Virus record (IMG/VR): IMGVR_UViG_3300045988_016256
Span: 1 to 5,741 of that record
Reading direction: 5' to 3' (one strand)
DNA length: 5,741 nt
Source: a virus
The position numbers were made by a program, and so were the translations under genes. The stretch's first letter is position 1. Every line of letters begins with the position of its first letter. The notes under the pieces were generated by a model that was given only the letters and a program-made list of their open reading frames with translations, ran no database searches and was not told the DNA's origin. Positions 1 through 4,328 of this stretch are shown piece by piece.

Positions 1-55
1 TTGTCAAGCCCTCTTAGTGCATTTTATTTTTCCCAATCGAATGCTCTTGCGTCTC
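1..55. repeat. Terminal direct repeat, left copy. It is identical to 5687..5741 and represents the assembly overlap of a circular genome.
   Basis: TTGTCAAGCCCTCTTAGTGCATTTTATTTTTCCCAATCGAATGCTCTTGCGTCTC occurs at both window ends with 55/55 identity, read by eye. A hairpin and an ORF tail are only complete when the ends are joined. The unit length is 5,686 nt. Confidence 0.9.
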
Positions 56-245
56 CAGTTTTTAGGTCCGTCCATTCAAGCTTTGTGTAACAGTGTCCGT
101 CTGCATCAATGTAGTCTATTAGTTCGTAGTAGTTTTTGCCGCTTTCTGCTTGTCCGTAGATTTCGAGTTTTGCTATGGTGTTTTCGTTCAGTCTAGGCTT
201 TCTTATTTTTATTACCTGCCTTTCTTTGATTATATTATACCACAT
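24..245 (-). CDS. Hypothetical 73-aa protein (orphan accessory ORF); the start codon is uncertain.
   Basis: For:
- The ORF is on the same strand as all recognised genes, with ATG at 245..243 and TAA at 26..24.
- An intrinsic terminator follows 9 nt after the stop and spans the circular junction.
- The composition is non-repetitive and protein-like (KLEIYGQAESGKNYYELIDYIDADGHCYTKLEWTDLKTGD).

Against:
- There is no SD upstream (ATTCCAAAAATG), although the recognised genes here have one.
- The ATG lies inside the spacer of a consensus promoter whose predicted +1 (about 227) is downstream of it.
- There is no other in-frame ATG, GTG or TTG.

No family recognised. Confidence 0.4.
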   Translation of the reverse strand: MWYNIIKERQVIKIRKPRLNENTIAKLEIYGQAESGKNYYELIDYIDADGHCYTKLEWTDLKTGDARAFDWEK

Positions 246-261
246 TTTTGGAATTTGTCAA
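234..261 (-). promoter_or_regulatory. Consensus sigma70/sigmaA-type promoter with an extended -10 element.
   Basis: The minus strand reads CTC-TTGACA-AATTCCAAAAATG-TGG-TATAAT-ATAATCA.
- The -35 is TTGACA (261..256), followed by a 16-nt spacer.
- The TG extension is at 242..241.
- The -10 is TATAAT (239..234).
- The predicted +1 is near A227.

All 14 consensus positions match. Confidence 0.65.
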
Positions 262-287
262 GAGTTTTTTGAAACTTTTTATTCGAG

Positions 288-327
288 GTCATGCGGTAGG
301 CGCGGTGCGCCGTGTGAAGAGCATGAC
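288..327. repeat. Nested inverted repeat (hairpin within a hairpin) in a GC-rich island of the non-coding region.
   Basis: The outer 7-bp stem pairs GTCATGC (288..294) with GCATGAC (321..327). The inner 5-bp stem pairs GGCGC (299..303) with GCGCC (307..311) around a GGT loop. The flanks are AT-rich. Confidence 0.6.
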
Positions 328-367
328 GTGACTTTCCGGCTGACTGCCGCACTGCCTTTAATTCTGA

Positions 368-543
368 TTTTCCACACTTTCAACATTTTCAACAGGTTTT
401 CCACGAAAAGTTGCACAAATGGTTTTGTGCATATTGCTATACTTTCAACAATTCAACAAGTTATCCACAAAAGTATCAACATCAAAATAATCCAGAAAAT
501 ATCGTTCCAAGGATAAAAATTCATGGTATTCAACATTTCAACA
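368..543. repeat. Iteron-like direct repeat array: three doublets of TTCAACA plus TTTTCCAC/TCCAC repeats.
   Basis: On the + strand:
- TTCAACA starts at 379 and 388, at 444 and 452, and at 529 and 537. These six perfect copies are paired 8-9 nt apart.
- A degenerate doublet TCAACA/TCAAAA lies at 476..487.
- CTTTCAACA occurs at 377 and 442.
- TTTTCCAC occurs at 368 and 397, and TCCAC at 464.
- CAACAAGTTA occurs at 454 and 563. Confidence 0.8.
412..431. repeat. 8-bp inverted repeat lying between iteron doublets 1 and 2.
   Basis: TGCACAAA (412..419) pairs with TTTGTGCA (424..431) around the loop TGGT (420..423). The pairing is perfect. Confidence 0.7.
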
Positions 544-569
544 CTCCCTACTATTACGACTACAACAAG

Positions 570-592
570 TTAATAATAAATAATAATAATAT
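570..592. repeat. A/T-only tract built from (TAA)n units.
   Basis: TTAATAATAAATAATAATAATAT is 23 consecutive A/T positions. It consists of two 10-nt units, TAATAATAAA and TAATAATAAT, and directly abuts the GC palindrome at 593. Confidence 0.85.
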
Positions 593-632
593 CATGCACG
601 TGCGTGCGCGATTACGTGCGCGCGCGTGCATG
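593..632. repeat. 40-nt GC-rich alternating purine-pyrimidine palindrome (hairpin or cruciform, Z-DNA-prone).
   Basis: - Sequence: CATGCACGTGCGTGCGCG-ATTA-CGTGCGCGCGCGTGCATG.
- The stem has 18 positions, of which 15 are Watson-Crick pairs.
- On the + strand the other 3 are G.T pairs (601/624, 605/620, 608/617). On the - strand they become A.C mismatches.
- Purine/pyrimidine alternation is unbroken over 593..610 and 613..635.
- It also reads as a 16-nt-period direct repeat, ACGTGCGTGCGCG (598..610) and ACGTGCGCGCGCG (614..626). Confidence 0.85.
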
Positions 633-640
633 TCAATATG

Positions 641-690
641 GAATAAAATACTCAGCCAAGTAGCTTTACTTGATAGTTACTTGGCTGAGT
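641..690 (-). terminator. Putative intrinsic terminator downstream of VP4.
   Basis: It starts 13 nt after the VP4 stop (TGA 705..703). A perfect 12-bp stem pairs 651..662 with 678..689 (CUCAGCCAAGUA / UACUUGGCUGAG on the mRNA strand). The mRNA strand then reads UAUUUUAUUCC. A small 5-bp hairpin, GACAC-TTTG-GTGTC (691..704), precedes it. Confidence 0.6.
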
Positions 691-702
691 GACACCAAAG
701 TG

Positions 703-1722
703 TCAAAATACACCTTTGGCTTTGCTCATTTTCTTGGACATGGATGCTTCCTTGTCCTTTAGCTGCTCTGCGTATGACTTATCTGTTTCCGCGTTTCTTT
801 CGATTAGGGACGCAATGGCTTTTTCTTGCCGATACTGTTTGATTCTCCACGCTTTTTCTGGGTTCTCCGCTTCCAGTTTTCGCCAGTAGTATTCTGGTAT
901 GGCTGCTCTCTTGCCGTTGGTAAGCTGTATGTATCCCTGTTGCCAGAGTCGCTCTTGATGGTCTTGAAACCATTGGTCTCCGAGTCCCGGCTTTCGGCTC
1001 ATTGTGCAAAATGGAGGTATTAAACCCATTTTTTGGTAACGCTTTTTGTCGTTGCCGTATAGTTTCTTTGTCACGTACCCTGCAACATAATTATATGTCT
1101 CCGGTGTTGCCTGTGCTATGTCAACTGCACCTTGTCCCCAGATTTTGACCAGCTTATCACTTGTGTAGTGGCCGTTTCTGGATAGCTTGTGTATAGGTTT
1201 TAAGTCGTCTGGATGCCATCCGTATAGTATCATGTGGTAGTGTGGTCTTGCTGTGTTGTCTCCATACTCTCCGGCTAAAAAGTATCTCAGAGGCTCTTTG
1301 ACGGCCTTTCTGAGCCTTTTTATAAAAAGTTGGGTATCTTCCACGCTCAGCGTTTGCGTTGTTCTTGGACGTTCTGAGGTGCCTTTCCAGACGTTTATTC
1401 CGCCTTTGTAGATTTCGCCTGTTTCTGTGTCTTGTGTTGGTACATGGCCATCATCGTACGTTAGCGTGATAAACCAGACACTTTCTTTGTCGTATCCGTA
1501 TGCTTCCAGCTCCATCCGCGTTGCCCAGTCTTTTCTTTTGCGCAGTCTGCACCCGGTACACTGCCCGCATGGTATCAACATTACATCTTTGCGGTACATT
1601 AAATTTTCGTACGTCATTTTGGTCTTGTGTATCTCGTTAAAAGAGGCGAGTGAGTACACTCGCCCACTCGCCTCCCTGTCGTGAGGTACATAAAACCGGA
1701 TTAGCGGTTTATTGCATCCCAT
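703..1722 (-). CDS. VP4: Replication initiation protein VP4, an HUH rolling-circle endonuclease of the phiX174 gpA / Microviridae VP4 family.
   Basis: - The ORF encodes 339 aa. ATG 1722..1720 overlaps the VP2 stop (TAATG), and GGAGG lies about 14 nt upstream.
- Motif I is FITLTY (aa 84-89).
- The HUH motif is PHYHMILY (aa 160-167).
- The double-tyrosine motif is YVAGYVTKK (Y212 and Y216).
- An N-terminal Cys cluster, PCGQCTGCR (aa 51-59), is of the kind seen in gokushovirus VP4. Confidence 0.95.
   Translation of the reverse strand: MGCNKPLIRFYVPHDREASGRVYSLASFNEIHKTKMTYENLMYRKDVMLIPCGQCTGCRLRKRKDWATRMELEAYGYDKESVWFITLTYDDGHVPTQDTETGEIYKGGINVWKGTSERPRTTQTLSVEDTQLFIKRLRKAVKEPLRYFLAGEYGDNTARPHYHMILYGWHPDDLKPIHKLSRNGHYTSDKLVKIWGQGAVDIAQATPETYNYVAGYVTKKLYGNDKKRYQKMGLIPPFCTMSRKPGLGDQWFQDHQERLWQQGYIQLTNGKRAAIPEYYWRKLEAENPEKAWRIKQYRQEKAIASLIERNAETDKSYAEQLKDKEASMSKKMSKAKGVF
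1643..1675. repeat. GC-rich hairpin with a tandemly duplicated 3' arm, inside the VP4 5' coding region.
   Basis: GGCGAGTG (1645..1652) pairs with CACTCGCC (1657..1664) around the loop AGTA. The arm CACTCGCC is repeated immediately at 1665..1672. An alternative 8-bp pairing joins GAGGCGAG (1643..1650) with CTCGCCTC (1667..1674). Confidence 0.7.
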
Positions 1723-2561
1723 TACTTTAGTTTATCCCTCCAAAATTCTATGTTTTTGTTTCCGATGAAGTCTCTTCCGGGTTTGTATTGGATTTCGTCT
1801 TTGGATGGTTTTCTTCCTGCGCCGCCGACCCCTGCGTTTAGGCTGCTTAGGTCGTTGAAGATGTTTTTGAATGCATTAAACGCCTTGTCTGCGCTGGTGT
1901 GCTGCCAGCTTGTTGCGTCTCCAACGGCTTGTGCTGCGTTGTACCATGCACTCTCGCTTTTGCTCCATGCGTTGTTATGGTTTTGGCTTACTCCTAGTGC
2001 GCTTGCACTTGCTGCGCTGCTGCTCGCGAGTCCCATGCTTGCGCCGCTGATAGTTCCTTGGCCGCCACCCGGTGTACTTGCTCCGCCTTGCTGGTATGCT
2101 AAGATTGGGTTGATGCCAGCTTTTCGCATATCGTCTACTGCTCTTTGATATGCTGTGTTACTCATCTGCTCTTGCCATGCGCGGTTTTTTGCCGCTTCGG
2201 CGCTGTTGTAGCTCATGGCTGCATTGTTGCTTATCTGGTTATATACGCCTTGCGTAATTGCTGCCATGGTATTATAACCCATCTGCTCATACATACTTCG
2301 ACGGTTAAACTTTTGCTGGCTTTTCATGTTATCTTGGATTGCTCCAAGCATACTATTCCAGTCCTGCAAGTTTTGTTCTCGGTTTACCCCGCTTTCGCTT
2401 TTGCTTTGGCCTCCGCCCTCGCTGCTGCTCTCGTTGTGTTGCTGACTGCCTCCGCTGCTTTCGGTCATGTTGCCGCCCAGAAGTTTGTTCATGCCCCATC
2501 CAACAACTGTTGGTATTGCTTGTTTGAGTAGTGGCAAGCCTATCGATGTTAATAAACCCAT
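1722..2561 (-). CDS. VP2: Minor capsid / DNA pilot protein VP2.
   Basis: - The ORF encodes 279 aa and lies immediately after VP1, the usual gokushovirus position.
- The N-terminus is hydrophobic (MGLLTSIGLPLLKQAIPTVVGWG).
- Ser/Gly/Gln-rich low-complexity segments are present.
- The motif AYQRAVDDMRKAGINPILAY (aa 137-156) is one I recognise from Microviridae VP2 proteins.
- ATG 2561..2559 has no adjacent SD (see findings). Confidence 0.85.
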   Translation of the reverse strand: MGLLTSIGLPLLKQAIPTVVGWGMNKLLGGNMTESSGGSQQHNESSSEGGGQSKSESGVNREQNLQDWNSMLGAIQDNMKSQQKFNRRSMYEQMGYNTMAAITQGVYNQISNNAAMSYNSAEAAKNRAWQEQMSNTAYQRAVDDMRKAGINPILAYQQGGASTPGGGQGTISGASMGLASSSAASASALGVSQNHNNAWSKSESAWYNAAQAVGDATSWQHTSADKAFNAFKNIFNDLSSLNAGVGGAGRKPSKDEIQYKPGRDFIGNKNIEFWRDKLK

Positions 2562-2589
2562 AAAAATAGACCCGGGGCGACACCCCGGG
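2562..2589 (-). terminator. GC hairpin plus U-rich tail between VP1 and VP2; a putative partial terminator or attenuator.
   Basis: The mRNA strand reads CCCGGGG-UGUCG-CCCCGGG followed by UCUAUUUUU and then the VP2 AUG. The 7-bp all-GC stem pairs 2571..2577 with 2583..2589. Confidence 0.5.
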
Positions 2590-2606
2590 CCTTCCCCCTT
2601 TCCTTT
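2590..2606 (-). promoter_or_regulatory. 17-nt all-purine SD-like tract directly after the VP1 stop.
   Basis: The mRNA strand reads UAA-AAAGGAAAGGGGGAAGG.
- It lies 28 nt upstream of the VP2 ATG and is separated from it by the hairpin.
- It lies 6 nt upstream of GTG 2583..2581, which opens the alternative-frame ORF 2353..2583. Confidence 0.5.
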
Positions 2607-4328
2607 TTAGTGATGATCCACGAGTCCCGGAATGCTGTACATGGGCATCGGTCTGACGCTGGTGTTATCAATGACTGTGTCCATGATAAATTGCGGTTCG
2701 TTGTCCACTGCCAGAGTCCTCTGAATTTCGGAGTCTCCTTCTTTCATCCATGCCTGACTTAGGCTCGGCGTTTCCGTGTAGTTGTCGCCATAGTGCCAGC
2801 TGTCCAAGGTTCCTTGAGCGTTTGACCGGAATTTGCCGCTGATTCTGTTCGGCTTCATCCGGTATTCGGCCCAAGCTTCCTGATAGCCGAATGCCTGTTC
2901 ATCCGTTGCCGTTCCGGTGAGGTACAGTTCTTTTTTGAGTATGGCTTGCTCTCCCAGATTTGCGAAGACTGGGTAATAAAAATCCAGATTTGTTTTCCGA
3001 CTCCACATCCGCTCGAGTCCCTGCTGATAGGTGTGGTCATGCCGGATGCAGCACACTCCGATAACAAATCCGTGTTCTTCAAAGCTCTTCGTGAACATAC
3101 TGCCGTTGTACGGTGTAACGCTCACTGCTGCGGTGTTGCCCTGCGGGCTTTCTGTCGTTGTGCCGCTGGTCTGGATGACCTGACTCATGTTGATGGTGAT
3201 ACGCGTGCCGCCCAGATATTCTGGAATCTGTACTGTCTTGTCGCTGATTTTGGTGTGAAACAGCGAGTAAATCATCTCACGGTAGCGAGAGCCGCCCCGG
3301 GCCAGCTCCTCGTAGTACTTTTGTACCTGAAATGCCTGTCGCAGCTGGTTGATAGTTGTTGCTTGTATTTTGCTTAAGTTTGCGCCGATGTATGCTACTT
3401 CACTTGTTTCGTCGCCCTTTTGGTTGCTAAACAAATAGCCATCTTTTGTGACACCATCCATTAATCCGTTCTGCCGTAGCATTGCGTTTTGGCTGTTGTC
3501 CCATCCCCACGGATAGCTTACACTACCAGTCGATGTGTTTTTTAACCAGCCGGCTTCTTTTGTCATGTCTTTGTCGAGGTATGCTTCAATGGGTGCATTT
3601 CCAGTCAGCGGAATTGTTACCGGTTGGCCTGCTTTCTGTGGACTCGGAAGCGCGCTGGTGAAGTAGTCGTGGTATTTGTTGACCGGAAGAGGTCTGCCGC
3701 CGGTGTATGCGTTTTGGAGAATATATTCCAAGTCCGGCGTTGCCGCGTCCATGCCCTTGGTCTCGTCGTCCGTATAGTTTACGGTCGCGTCTGCATCGCT
3801 GTTGATGGCCGGATTGTCTACATTCTGGTCTCTGAACCACTCCTGCCATATCATAGCATATGCTCTCATGGGCAGCGCGTTGATGCTGAAGGCTGTGTCT
3901 TCTCCCTTGCTTACCTTGGTTGGAATGCCCATGTAGTCAAGGATGCTGCCCTCATAAGGTGCCGGCTTTTCTGTGGTGCCGGTTACTTTGACCTGCGGAA
4001 TGGTGTATTCCTGAGTCTGTGCCCACGGTCCCGTATCGTTTTCGCCCATAAACCGTTTGAAGTTTTTCCAGAGGATTCTGCAAGGGACATTAAAATAATA
4101 AATGTCCATGTGACAGTTATCCATAACCGGGAAAATAGGCGTTGTCATGCGGATAATCGCCGCTTGGTCAATGCTGAAGGTGTCACCCGGGAGCACTTCG
4201 TCCACGTAGAACGGAATAAGCTGTCCTGCGTTCAGCGTTAACTTGACGTCCTGCCGCCGTTTGAATCGACTTCGCGTGATGTCCAAGCGCGGTACTTGGT
4301 TGAATCCTGCGTCTTTGTTCCTGTTCAC
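2607..4328 (-). CDS. VP1: Major capsid protein VP1 (Microviridae F/VP1 family).
   Basis: - The ORF encodes 573 aa. Its GTG start (4328..4326) overlaps the VP3 stop (GTGA), with GGAGG 7 nt upstream.
- The N-terminal signature is typical of VP1: SRFKRRQDVKLTLNAGQLIPFYVDEVLPGDTF...PIFPVMDN...YFNVPCRILWKNFKRFMGEN.
- Later conserved blocks include INQLRQAFQVQKYYEELARGGSRYRE.
- A long insertion lies between them, as in gokushoviruses. Confidence 0.97.
   Translation of the reverse strand: MNRNKDAGFNQVPRLDITRSRFKRRQDVKLTLNAGQLIPFYVDEVLPGDTFSIDQAAIIRMTTPIFPVMDNCHMDIYYFNVPCRILWKNFKRFMGENDTGPWAQTQEYTIPQVKVTGTTEKPAPYEGSILDYMGIPTKVSKGEDTAFSINALPMRAYAMIWQEWFRDQNVDNPAINSDADATVNYTDDETKGMDAATPDLEYILQNAYTGGRPLPVNKYHDYFTSALPSPQKAGQPVTIPLTGNAPIEAYLDKDMTKEAGWLKNTSTGSVSYPWGWDNSQNAMLRQNGLMDGVTKDGYLFSNQKGDETSEVAYIGANLSKIQATTINQLRQAFQVQKYYEELARGGSRYREMIYSLFHTKISDKTVQIPEYLGGTRITINMSQVIQTSGTTTESPQGNTAAVSVTPYNGSMFTKSFEEHGFVIGVCCIRHDHTYQQGLERMWSRKTNLDFYYPVFANLGEQAILKKELYLTGTATDEQAFGYQEAWAEYRMKPNRISGKFRSNAQGTLDSWHYGDNYTETPSLSQAWMKEGDSEIQRTLAVDNEPQFIMDTVIDNTSVRPMPMYSIPGLVDHH

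Noticed and set aside
608-617. The ATTAC in the palindrome loop (GCGATTACG) as a CRESS-DNA-type nonanucleotide (NANTATTAC) nick site.
   Set aside because: Only 5 of 9 positions match. The loop is 4 nt rather than the usual 9-13 nt. The motif reads this way only on the non-coding strand. The Rep here is gpA/VP4-type, not CRESS-type.
631-636. A third TTGACA on the coding strand, at the edge of the palindrome, as a promoter -35.
   Set aside because: No -10-like hexamer lies 15-19 nt downstream (the sequence there is AATCGC). The nearest -10-like element (TATTAT, 591..586) is 39 nt away.
668-675. ACTTGATA, 8 nt of the phiX174 origin recognition sequence, in the loop of the VP4 terminator hairpin.
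   Set aside because: It is on the + strand, antisense to all genes and therefore not the strand expected to be nicked and packaged in Microviridae. The match does not extend (ACTTGATAgTTAc against ACTTGATATTAA). An 8-mer hit somewhere in about 11 kb of two-strand sequence is not surprising.
175-692. Plus-strand ORFs 175..516 (113 aa) and 411..692 (93 aa) covering the non-coding region.
   Set aside because: They lie on the strand opposite every recognised gene and have no SD. Their translations are low-complexity and repeat-driven (runs of N, I, Y and RARLRARA from the palindrome and (TAA)n). They are most simply open frames created by AT-rich repeats.
779-3849. Same-strand alternative-frame ORFs inside VP4 and VP1 (779..1009, 2668..2874, 2855..3082, 3586..3849) as possible overprinted genes, including a phiX174 E-like lysis gene.
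   Set aside because: None has a hydrophobic segment or an evident SD. The compositions are Arg, Ser and Gly-rich, as expected from frame-shifted coding sequence. Only 2353..2583 has a positional argument, and it is reported as a finding.
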